Virus record (IMG/VR): IMGVR_UViG_3300017707_000367
Span: 1-26,195 of that record
DNA from: a virus
Lineage: Duplodnaviria > Caudoviricetes
Length of the DNA: 26,195 nucleotides
Strand: one strand, 5' to 3'
Shown here: piece by piece, positions 15,024 to 24,093 of the stretch
Layout of the letters: each line of letters opens with the position of its first letter
How positions within the stretch are numbered: position 1 is the first letter of the stretch
Program-made: the position numbers and the translations under genes
Notes under the pieces: generated by a model
The model's database searches: none
What the model was told of the DNA's origin: nothing
Seen by the model: only the letters and a program-made list of their open reading frames with translations

Positions 15024-16006
15024 AACTTTTAATACTAACAGACGGAATCAATGGTGTGGTTTACCATCGCATTTACGCACCACATTTGAGAATGCAGATA
15101 AACGGAGAAGCGGTGGTTGATGTCTGCCAATCACAAGCCGAATGGATGACGGTTGACCTTGCACCATACGATGTGATTGTTTTCTCACGATGGCTTGGAA
15201 AGAACCAGTACGATGTCTTGAAACGCATCACGGATGCCGGGAAGCCTTATGTCATAGATGTGGATGACTATTGGGTACTCCCAAAATACAACCCTGCATA
15301 CTGGGCATATCGCAAAGGAATCAAGAACGCCATCAAGGATGCCATCAACTATGCGGATGCGGTATTCTGCACAACTCAAAAACTCGCCAATGAAGTGAGG
15401 ACAATTAACGAGAATGTCTACATTGTGCCAAACTGCCTGGATACATCTCACAACCAATGGAAGCAACCAAAGGAGAAGAATGAGAGAGTGAAAATAGGAT
15501 GGGTTGGTGGAATCACACACGAGGAGGATTTGAAGCTCATTGCGGATGACATCAATTCAATGGATGTGGATTTATACATTTGCGGATACACTCCAAGTGA
15601 TCATTGGAACAACATTGTCAAACTGATTCCAAAAGCCAACATCGTTCAAGGCACTTCGGTATTTGAATACGGTGAGGTCTACAAGCATTTTGACTTTGTA
15701 CTTGCACCCCTTCAGGACAACCACTTCAACAACTGCAAATCGGAGTTGAAGATTGTGGAAGCCGCTGCCTATTCTTTGCCCATTATCTGTTCGGCAGTTT
15801 ACCCATACTTATACCATACCGGAAATGATGGTGTAATCTTCGCAACTCAAAATAACTGGAAGGCATCCATTGAGAAATTGATTGATGCTGGTCATTCGGT
15901 GAGACAATCAATGGGCGAATCAAATCGCATCTATTGTGAGACCTACCACAACCTTGAACTGCACAACCTAACACGATTGAGTGTTTACCAAAGTTTATGC
16001 AAATAA
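15020..16006 (+). CDS. GT-B fold glycosyltransferase (GT4-like)
   Basis: IDVDDYW, AD.V.CTT..LA, VPN, IGWVGG.TH.EDL, LAPL.DN.FN.CKSELKIVEA...PIICS...Y. Confidence 0.85.
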   Translation: MKLLILTDGINGVVYHRIYAPHLRMQINGEAVVDVCQSQAEWMTVDLAPYDVIVFSRWLGKNQYDVLKRITDAGKPYVIDVDDYWVLPKYNPAYWAYRKGIKNAIKDAINYADAVFCTTQKLANEVRTINENVYIVPNCLDTSHNQWKQPKEKNERVKIGWVGGITHEEDLKLIADDINSMDVDLYICGYTPSDHWNNIVKLIPKANIVQGTSVFEYGEVYKHFDFVLAPLQDNHFNNCKSELKIVEAAAYSLPIICSAVYPYLYHTGNDGVIFATQNNWKASIEKLIDAGHSVRQSMGESNRIYCETYHNLELHNLTRLSVYQSLCK

Positions 16007-17184
16007 CCTATCAAAGACCATATGTCACGAGTTACCAAAAAGACATCCTTGATTGTGATGCTCGTTTTACCATTACTGCTGCGTCTACAAAGACGGGCAA
16101 GACGGCAAGTCATATCATATGGTTATTTGAACAAGCGTTGAAATGCAAGGACAATCAATCCGTGTGGTGGGTTGCACCGGTATACCAACAAGCGGAGATT
16201 GCATTCCGAAGGATGAAGTCACAAGTCACAGACAAGAATTTCTTCATCAGCAACGAAACCAAACTTTTGCTCACGCTTCCAACGGGTGCAAGGATTGAAT
16301 TCAAATCAGGGGAGAAGCCGGACAACTTGTATGGTGATGATGTGTATGCTGCCGTGATAGATGAGGCATCAAGGATGCGTGAGGAATCGTGGTATGCTAT
16401 GCGTTCAACCCTAACTGCCACACAAGGCAAGTGCAAACTGATTGGGAATGTCAAAGGGAAAAAGAATTGGTTCTACAAGTTAGGGGAAAGGGCAAGAAGC
16501 GGTGAGAATGAATATAAGTATTTCAAGATTACTGCATATGATGCCGTCAAGGAAGGGATTCTCAAACTTGAGGAGGTTGAACAAGCCAAACGAGATCTCC
16601 CACTTCATGTCTTTAACGAGTTGTATTTGGCAGAACCAGCCGATGACAAGACAAACCCATTCGGAATTGATGCAATCCGCAGTTGTTACAAGCCAGTAAC
16701 CAACAAAAGTGTTGTTGCTTGGGGTGTGGATTTGGCAAAGTATTCGGATTATACAGTTATAATTGGTTTAGATGCGAATAATTGCGTATCATATGTTGAC
16801 CGATTCCAAGCGGATTGGTCGCAAACATTGGCAAAGATTACGACATTGATTGGTGTGATTCCTGCATTCGTGGATTCAACAGGTGTTGGGGATCCTATCG
16901 TTGAGCAATTGCAACGAAGCCATCCCCGAATCAAAGGATTCAAGTTCACATCACAGAGCAAACAACAACTCATTGAAGGGTTGGTCATCAGCGTACAAAA
17001 TAGGGAGGTGTATTTCCCTGAAGAACCGATTGGGAGTGAGATGGAAAACTTTGAATTTGAATACACAAGAACGGGTGTGAGGTATACTGCACCACAAGGA
17101 TTGCACGATGACTGCGTGATGGCTTTGGCTTTGGCAGTTGACTGCAAGAAACACAACAGACCTGGAACTTTTTATTTTGCTTAA
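15997..17184 (+). CDS. terL: Terminase large subunit
   Basis: Walker A-like ASTKTGKT, Walker B AAVIDEA, nuclease GVDLAKYSDYT, VDSTGVG, HDDCVMALALA. Confidence 0.93.
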   Translation: MQITYQRPYVTSYQKDILDCDARFTITAASTKTGKTASHIIWLFEQALKCKDNQSVWWVAPVYQQAEIAFRRMKSQVTDKNFFISNETKLLLTLPTGARIEFKSGEKPDNLYGDDVYAAVIDEASRMREESWYAMRSTLTATQGKCKLIGNVKGKKNWFYKLGERARSGENEYKYFKITAYDAVKEGILKLEEVEQAKRDLPLHVFNELYLAEPADDKTNPFGIDAIRSCYKPVTNKSVVAWGVDLAKYSDYTVIIGLDANNCVSYVDRFQADWSQTLAKITTLIGVIPAFVDSTGVGDPIVEQLQRSHPRIKGFKFTSQSKQQLIEGLVISVQNREVYFPEEPIGSEMENFEFEYTRTGVRYTAPQGLHDDCVMALALAVDCKKHNRPGTFYFA

Positions 17185-17205
17185 ACCGTTACAAATTGAA
17201 ACGAT

Positions 17206-17751
17206 ATGAACTGGAACAACATAACCATCCACCAACTGCAAGAGATACACTCTTGTCGTGATATGTCCAACATTGAACGGACAATGAACATACTTGCCAT
17301 CGTTAACAACTGGACAATGGACAAGGTAGAATCAATGCCGATTGATGACCTTACAAGAGAGTTCAAAAAGTTAGAGTTCTTGAATGAGCTTCCAAATAGA
17401 CCTGTGCAATTTATGTTCAAGCATAAAGGCAGATATTTCCGATTGGCAAAAACACCGAACGAGATTTGCGGTCATCACTTCATTGAACTCCAGCAAGTGT
17501 TCAACGGAGATACAATTGAAAGCCTTCACAAGATAATGGCTTTACTTGCATACGAGGTGGATTTCTTTGGCAAGTCAAAGACCATCAAAGACGCACAAGC
17601 ACACTACCAAGACAAGTGCGATTTGTTTTTGTCAATGGATGTACCGCTTCCCTATTCCTATGCAGTTTTTTTTTCGGCAGCCTATCCAAAGTTATTGCAA
17701 TGTATCCACTCCTTTTTGAAGGAGGAGATGAGCAAATTGGAGAAGCAGTAA
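17206..17751 (+). CDS. Probable tail assembly chaperone (gpG-like)
   Basis: 181 aa ORF with an in-frame slippery T-run (GTT TTT TTT TCG, 17665-17676) leading into the overlapping -1 ORF. Confidence 0.6.
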   Translation: MNWNNITIHQLQEIHSCRDMSNIERTMNILAIVNNWTMDKVESMPIDDLTREFKKLEFLNELPNRPVQFMFKHKGRYFRLAKTPNEICGHHFIELQQVFNGDTIESLHKIMALLAYEVDFFGKSKTIKDAQAHYQDKCDLFLSMDVPLPYSYAVFFSAAYPKLLQCIHSFLKEEMSKLEKQ

Positions 17752-17960
17752 GTCCATTCAATTGGCTGGAGATGGTGCATCATATGGCGAACAAAGACCG
17801 CACAAAGTGGGATTTCTTTCTTCATATGCCATTGATTGAATTCCTCAATGCTATGGCTTTCTATAAGCAACAATCAAAAGACAAGTTGAAACGATTAGAT
17901 CAGGCATCAACAAAAGGATTTGAGACCTATGTCATTGCTTGTTTGAATGAGATGTTGTAA
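17673..17960 (+). CDS. -1 frameshift extension (gpT-like)
   Basis: The -1 frame is open across the slippery site to TAA at 17960, with protein-like sequence YPLLFEGG...FNW...DRTKWD...IEFLNAMAF. Confidence 0.6.
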   Translation, partial: FGSLSKVIAMYPLLFEGGDEQIGEAVSPFNWLEMVHHMANKDRTKWDFFLHMPLIEFLNAMAFYKQQSKDKLKRLDQASTKGFETYVIACLNEML

Positions 17961-18320
17961 CAAATAATAGTGCAAATTTGTTACGGCAGTATTTCAAATT
18001 ATTGCCAATTTATAGGATTACTGGCAAATGTTAGTTGTTAAATTTTTCCACTATACTCGGTGATTACCCGAATAAATGCATGAATTTTTCCAGTATATTC
18101 ATTCCTAAAAGTCATTTGTTGCGATAAGTATTGGGAATCACTACTGATTGCAAAGTATTTATGTCTGATTTGTCCATCATAACTATACGCATCCGGGTAT
18201 AATGTGTTATATATCGGACAAATTATACGCTTTTGCGTATTATAAGACACATTGTGCAATTAATATGCAATTCACCGGTAAATTGTGCAACCCCTGATGC
18301 ACATTTGGAACGCATTCCAA
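17957..18320. repeat. Intergenic mosaic of short inverted and direct repeats
   Basis: At least 10 different imperfect palindromes plus three duplicated motifs (detailed in findings). Confidence 0.75.
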
Positions 18321-18335
18321 CGAGTGCTATTTTTG
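18305..18335 (+). promoter_or_regulatory. Bacteroidota-type promoter of the tail operon
   Basis: TTG 18305-07, 20-nt spacer, TATTTTTG 18328-35; overlapped by the palindrome TTGGAA-CGCA-TTCCAA. Confidence 0.6.
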
Positions 18336-18338
18336 TGT

Positions 18339-19472
18339 GTGGCATTATCTATCACTCAACAACCCAACAGTTATCACCCAGCATTCAATGACACGAACTT
18401 CGTGATCACTGAATCTTCAGGTGGGATCTACACAAAGGACAATTTCAAGTTCATTGCAGATGTCAAGATCGCATCAACTACCGTGGCTAAACTCAAAGCA
18501 CCCATCTATTTTGGAAGTACCAACAAAGGGGTGTTCAACATTGGGCGAATCTTGGAATCTTATGTGACCAACAATTGGGAGTTCACCGATTCATCACCAA
18601 GCGGATGCGTAAACTCATTCACGGATTACAAGGTTGAATTTGGGTATGAGTACTCACCATCAGCAACGGGAACAATCACCGAATATCTCAACTTGAGTTC
18701 AGCAACTGGAACAGTTTGGAACGCATCATTGAACCCATTTGATTTGGTGACATATGCTGAAGGGCAATATCTTGCCACATCCACATCCGCAAAGTTCTTG
18801 ACCAATGTGAGAACACGAACCATCCACAGAACGCAAAAGGATTGGCTCTATTGTTTGAAGGGAGATGCTACAAGCGTTTTGATTACTTACTCCGATGCCA
18901 GTACACAAACATTCTCTTTGCCATCTTCAAAGGTCGTGAGGATTCCCGTGGGTAGCCAATTGACAATACCCGGTGGGGCAACCTATTTTGATGTGGTGTT
19001 GAAGGCGAGTGGTGTTTCCAAATCCGAGACATACCGATTCAACATAAAAGATGAATGCAGTAAGTACGAAACAACTGACATCTTCTTTATGAACCGTTTG
19101 GGAGGCTTTGAATCCTTCCGTTTTAATATGGTGCGAAGAGACAACTTTGAAGTCACACGGAAACAATTCCAACAGAACCCATACACACTTGGTGCAAGTT
19201 ACGGATATCAAACATCTGCAAGAACTCGCACCAATTATCACACGGAGACAAGCCAAAAAATCAAACTGTTTAGTAACTGGATAAACGACACGGAATCGGT
19301 TTGGCTGAAAGACCTGATTGAATCTCCGGTGGTGTATATGTATGACGGCACTTTGTATGCGGTCAACATTAATAACGCCAACTACGAGCAGAAAAAGACG
19401 GTACAAGATAGGATGTTCAATTTAGAACTTGACATCACTCTTTCATTCGCTGACAAATCTCAACGGATATGA
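18339..19472 (+). CDS. Virion tail structural protein
   Basis: Thr/Ser-rich beta protein with C-terminal FMNRLGGFESF...WL.DLIESPVVY; GTG start (MALSITQQP) preferred over 18285. Confidence 0.7.
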   Translation: MALSITQQPNSYHPAFNDTNFVITESSGGIYTKDNFKFIADVKIASTTVAKLKAPIYFGSTNKGVFNIGRILESYVTNNWEFTDSSPSGCVNSFTDYKVEFGYEYSPSATGTITEYLNLSSATGTVWNASLNPFDLVTYAEGQYLATSTSAKFLTNVRTRTIHRTQKDWLYCLKGDATSVLITYSDASTQTFSLPSSKVVRIPVGSQLTIPGGATYFDVVLKASGVSKSETYRFNIKDECSKYETTDIFFMNRLGGFESFRFNMVRRDNFEVTRKQFQQNPYTLGASYGYQTSARTRTNYHTETSQKIKLFSNWINDTESVWLKDLIESPVVYMYDGTLYAVNINNANYEQKKTVQDRMFNLELDITLSFADKSQRI

Positions 19473-22315
19473 TTCAAATCTATGTCAAAATTCCTACATC
19501 TCAACTTGAAGAGATTGAGGGAAGTTTTATCAGTAGAACAAACGATGCTATTCGTGAAGCAGATAGTTGCCGTATTTCAAAAGAGGAAGCACTTGGTGGC
19601 TCATTTGTCAATCGCAGATTGGATTTGTATGACGATTTTGAGATTTTAATCAACAAGGCAATTGCTGACATTCGTGAACCACAATCACGATCTTCGGAAT
19701 GGACAAAGACAATCATTATTCCCGGAACGGCACAAAACAACAAACTCTTTTCCCACATTTTTGAGATTGAGCATACTGTTCAAGCATCAACACAATTCGC
19801 ACCGGATTTCAATCCAAACAAGAAAGCATCAGCAGTCGTTCTGTTAGATGAGATTGAGCAGTTGAGTGGGTTCATTCGCTTAATTCAAATCAATGTCCTT
19901 GATTCAACGGACATACAATATGAATGCTCACTTCACGGACAATCTGCAGATCTGTTCACCAACATTGCAGACCTTAAACTGAATCAATTAGATTTCACAG
20001 AATACAACCACACCTTGTCAAGTGGGAATGTGATTGATTCGTGGGATGCCCAAATCTACAAGAACGGAGTACAACAAGCCTTTGCCTATGGTGATGGGTA
20101 TGTCTACGCAATGATTGACAAAGGTCATCCGTCAAACATCACTATTTGGGAAACAAATCAATTCACACCTTGCCTTTATGCAAAGACGGTTGTTGATAAG
20201 ATATTCACAAATTCAGGGTTTACATACACAAACGATTCGTATTTCAACAACGACAAGTTCAAGAGATTAATCCTACCAAATCCATCCTCATTGACTGCCG
20301 ATGCAGCCATTTTGGAATCACGGAGGTTCAGAGCTTCTCGCACAACAACTGCTCAATCACTTGATTTGAACTCAATCTTGTTGTTTCAAAACGATTCAAG
20401 CGGTGGGAACTACGATAACGGAGGTCATTACAACAACACAACCGGACAATACACCTTGCCTGTGGGCGGTAACTTTGTGTTTGATGTAAACTTGTCTTTG
20501 AATTATGTATCAACTGGATATGCACCAGTATTCCAAGAGGACATTTGGCTTGTATTTGGATTGTATGCCAACGGAGTATTGAAGACAACTGCAACTGTAA
20601 CCGTTGATTTTGGCTCTCCAGCGTTCAATGTGGCTTTGTATTTCCAACCAATAACCTTGCTATCAGGTGAGGTGGTTGACATCCGATTGGCTCAAGTGTG
20701 GGATCAAGCAAATACTTACAATTTAACCAATGCACAATTCCAACTTGATATGGGGATTGGCTCTTATATGGAGAATGACCAAACATCATACACCTTTGGT
20801 TATGGTGAAACAGTTGATTTTGGGGTGTTCTTGAATTCGGAGATCAAGCAAAGTGATTTGCTGATGTCTTTCATCAAGATGTTCAACCTTTACATTGAAC
20901 CAAACAAAGACAATCCAAAGCAATTACGCATTGTTCCTCGTGATGAATTCTACAACGGCAGTCAAATTGATTGGACGGCAAAGTTGGATTATTCACAAAG
21001 TGTGGAAATCGTTCCAATGGGAGAACTTGAAGCAAACCCATATGTGTTCACATACAAAGAAGGAAAGGATGATGCCAATGTCACCTATCAAGAGAACTAC
21101 CAATCAAACTACGGTTCACGAACTTACAAGGTAGACAACCAATTCATCAAGAATGAAAAGAAGATTGAGATTGCTTTTTCTCCAACTCAAGTAAGGTCAT
21201 ACAACTCGCAAAAGAATTTTGTCTTGTCGTATATGCCAAACAATCAGGATGGTGATTTGAGGATCCTGTATTATAGCGGTTTGGTTACTGGGGTGAATTG
21301 GAGGTTATGGTCGCAATATGCTGGTGTTGGTTTGAATTACGCAAACCGTTATTCATTGCCATTGACATTGCACTACGATTCAATCACTAATCCAACTTTT
21401 GACATTCTCTTTGGGATGCCGAAAGAAATCGGAATCGGTGCTGGTTACAAATACACGAATTCAAACCTTGTCAATAATTTCTATTATCGGTTTTTGTCGG
21501 AAATAACTGGAAGCAATTCCAAGTTGTTTAGGGGATACTTTAGAATTACTCCAAAGGATTGGTTGAACTTGTCTTTTGCTGATGCTTACTTTTTTGAAGG
21601 TCAGTATTGGAGATTAAACAAAATTGAGGATTACAATCCAAGTGAAGATGGTGTGTATTTGTGTGAGTTCTTATTGGCTCAATTCATTCAACCAGCAACT
21701 ATAACACAAAAGACCATCGGTGCTGGAACTGGACAAGGTCAGCAAGGAGAAACCTATGGTGATACTTATCCGGGTGGAAACAGACCATTCAAGCCAGGTA
21801 TCAAAGGAGTGACCGTTGGTATTTCACAAGGTGGTGGAGGATTGGTTCAAGGAGATGGTGTGGTTCAAAACAACAATGCAAAGGATTCATTTTGCGTGGT
21901 ATCTACCAACACAACATTTCAGGCTGGGACGGATGGTAGTGCTGCGATATTATGCAATGATTTTGCAGTTACTAAAAAGGACACATTGTATGTCGGCAAT
22001 TACGAGATGTATCCATCCTTTTTGAGTGGTGGTTCGGTCAAGACGGTAACGGCAAACACAACGGCAACAAAAGACGATAGATTGTTTTTGGTTGATACCA
22101 CCAGTGGAAGCAAGACAATTACCTTGCCTGATCCAACTGGGTTGAGTGGGAAACAATTCGTAGTTAAAAAAATCACATCTGGAAGTTCTGTCATAGTTGC
22201 TACGACAGGAACGGCAAAGATAGACGGAGGAGATACACACACAATGATTTTACAATGGGCATCACACATCTTTGAAACGGATGGGGTGGATTACTTTATA
22301 ATAGCAGAAAAATAA
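19469..22315 (+). CDS. Large tail/baseplate hub-type protein
   Basis: 948 aa; LDLY...IADI....S.TI.IPGT..NN..F N-terminus; FI.MFNLY; Gly-rich linker; C-terminal VDTTSGSKTITLP beta domain. Confidence 0.75.
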   Translation: MIQIYVKIPTSQLEEIEGSFISRTNDAIREADSCRISKEEALGGSFVNRRLDLYDDFEILINKAIADIREPQSRSSEWTKTIIIPGTAQNNKLFSHIFEIEHTVQASTQFAPDFNPNKKASAVVLLDEIEQLSGFIRLIQINVLDSTDIQYECSLHGQSADLFTNIADLKLNQLDFTEYNHTLSSGNVIDSWDAQIYKNGVQQAFAYGDGYVYAMIDKGHPSNITIWETNQFTPCLYAKTVVDKIFTNSGFTYTNDSYFNNDKFKRLILPNPSSLTADAAILESRRFRASRTTTAQSLDLNSILLFQNDSSGGNYDNGGHYNNTTGQYTLPVGGNFVFDVNLSLNYVSTGYAPVFQEDIWLVFGLYANGVLKTTATVTVDFGSPAFNVALYFQPITLLSGEVVDIRLAQVWDQANTYNLTNAQFQLDMGIGSYMENDQTSYTFGYGETVDFGVFLNSEIKQSDLLMSFIKMFNLYIEPNKDNPKQLRIVPRDEFYNGSQIDWTAKLDYSQSVEIVPMGELEANPYVFTYKEGKDDANVTYQENYQSNYGSRTYKVDNQFIKNEKKIEIAFSPTQVRSYNSQKNFVLSYMPNNQDGDLRILYYSGLVTGVNWRLWSQYAGVGLNYANRYSLPLTLHYDSITNPTFDILFGMPKEIGIGAGYKYTNSNLVNNFYYRFLSEITGSNSKLFRGYFRITPKDWLNLSFADAYFFEGQYWRLNKIEDYNPSEDGVYLCEFLLAQFIQPATITQKTIGAGTGQGQQGETYGDTYPGGNRPFKPGIKGVTVGISQGGGGLVQGDGVVQNNNAKDSFCVVSTNTTFQAGTDGSAAILCNDFAVTKKDTLYVGNYEMYPSFLSGGSVKTVTANTTATKDDRLFLVDTTSGSKTITLPDPTGLSGKQFVVKKITSGSSVIVATTGTAKIDGGDTHTMILQWASHIFETDGVDYFIIAEK

Positions 22316-24078
22316 TGGCAATAACAGCAGCGATTGACTTAACCGTCAAAAAACCTTCATTTGGCTCAATAAAGTCAGAAATCAAACAACTATCTCTTGA
22401 AGCACAAAGAGCAGTAAAAGAATTCGGTGCATTCTCACCTGAAGCGAGGAGGGCTGAACAAGCACTTGCTGAAGCACGAGATATGATGGAGGATTTCAAT
22501 GATCGTGTGGCAGCATTGAACCCTGATAAGTTTGCACAAATCAACACGGTTGTTCAAGGTGTGGCTCGTGGATTTCAAGCAGCACAAGGTGCAGTTGCAT
22601 TGTTTGGCAACCAATCCGAAGAACTGGAGAAGACATTGGTCAAATTGCAAGGTGCAATGGCATTGGCTGAAGGTCTTGAAGGTCTTGGAAAGGTTCAACA
22701 ACAATTTGGGGCGTTGGCAAATACAATCAAGGGCAAAGTTGTAAACGCATTTACGACATTAAGAGGTGCAATCACGGCAACTGGAATCGGTTTGTTGGCA
22801 GTTGCTTTGGGTTATGTTGTCGGCAACTTTGAGAAATTGAGTGCTGCAATAACAAATGCAATACCCGGATTGAAAACCGTTTCTGCCATTGTTGGGAACT
22901 TGGTTCAGCAGTTTACAGATTTCATCGGAGTAACTTCACAAGCGGAAAGAAACTACAAAGCATTCAAGAAATCAATTGAACTTTCCAATGAAGAAGTTGA
23001 ACAAGAGATTGCGTTGTTGGAAATTGCTGGAGGTAAAGAGTTGGAAATCTTTGAGCAGAGAAAAGAGCTGGTAAGAAACAACATCGCATTGATTGAAGAA
23101 CGCAGAAAGCAAGGCGTTAAACTGACTGAGGAAGAATTGACCGAAGAAGCAAGATTGTATCGTGAATACAACAATACTTTGAAAGTCATTGATGCGGAAA
23201 GGGAAAAATTTGTCTCCGATAAAGCAAAAGAATTTGTAAAAGAGAGCGAAGCGATAAATGATAGATTGGTTCAATTGGATGAAGCAAAATCAGATATTAT
23301 CACGGCAACCTACATAAAGCAAAATGAAGATGCCATTCAAAATCTTGAAGCGAGAGAAGATAACGAAAAAACAATTATTGATCGCAGCACAAGGGATAAA
23401 TTGGAATTACTGGAGAAAGAGAAAGAGGAGATGTTGAAGAAATATAAAGACATTGAAGGTGGTCGTGAATACATTTTGGAGTTATATGGAACTCAAAGGA
23501 GAATAATTGAAGAAACTCAACAAGCAGAACTTACGGCAACTACAGAAAAATATGCAAAAGAAAGAGCAGATATTGAAATCAAAACTGCAAATCAAATTAA
23601 GGATGCCAAATTATCAATTGCCAAAAGCACCGTTGATGGCTTGACTTCTTTGAATACCATCTTGACCAACGAAGAGAAGAAGCGAGAGAACATTCAAAAG
23701 GGCATTGCATTGGTTGAAATTGCCATTGATAGTGCGATTGCATTTTCGGGATTGAATGCGGAATCTGCTCAAGCATCTGCGAAGGTCGCTGGTATTCTCG
23801 GACCTGCAACCCCTTTGTTCACCGCTGCATATTATGCTCAAGGTGTGGCAAGGATTTTGGCGAATGTAGCGAAGGCAAAACAAATCCTTTCCGGTGGAAG
23901 CGGTCAAGGTGGTGTGAGTGCGTCACCCATTGCAATCAATCCACCCAATTTGACATCATCTTCTTTGCCAACGGAAACTGGAGTGGGTTATCCGCAGAAA
24001 GTATTTGTAACCGAAGGTGACATCAGCCGATCACAAGCAAGGGTGGGAAACACAAAAAGGGTATCTGTTGTACAATAA
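22315..24078 (+). CDS. Tape measure-like protein
   Basis: 587 aa with Ala/Gly amphipathic N- and C-terminal regions and an E/K-rich coiled-coil middle. Confidence 0.7.
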   Translation: MAITAAIDLTVKKPSFGSIKSEIKQLSLEAQRAVKEFGAFSPEARRAEQALAEARDMMEDFNDRVAALNPDKFAQINTVVQGVARGFQAAQGAVALFGNQSEELEKTLVKLQGAMALAEGLEGLGKVQQQFGALANTIKGKVVNAFTTLRGAITATGIGLLAVALGYVVGNFEKLSAAITNAIPGLKTVSAIVGNLVQQFTDFIGVTSQAERNYKAFKKSIELSNEEVEQEIALLEIAGGKELEIFEQRKELVRNNIALIEERRKQGVKLTEEELTEEARLYREYNNTLKVIDAEREKFVSDKAKEFVKESEAINDRLVQLDEAKSDIITATYIKQNEDAIQNLEAREDNEKTIIDRSTRDKLELLEKEKEEMLKKYKDIEGGREYILELYGTQRRIIEETQQAELTATTEKYAKERADIEIKTANQIKDAKLSIAKSTVDGLTSLNTILTNEEKKRENIQKGIALVEIAIDSAIAFSGLNAESAQASAKVAGILGPATPLFTAAYYAQGVARILANVAKAKQILSGGSGQGGVSASPIAINPPNLTSSSLPTETGVGYPQKVFVTEGDISRSQARVGNTKRVSVVQ

Positions 24079-24093
24079 TGCTATTTGAATAAG

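Noticed and set aside
18192-18220. dif/Xer-like site (GTATAATGTGTTATAT)
   Set aside because: Only loosely similar; lacks a TTATGTTAAAT-type XerD arm and the 6-bp core geometry.
18038-18259. 73-aa minus-strand ORF
   Set aside because: Opposite to every other gene, no recognisable motif, and lies over the palindrome mosaic.
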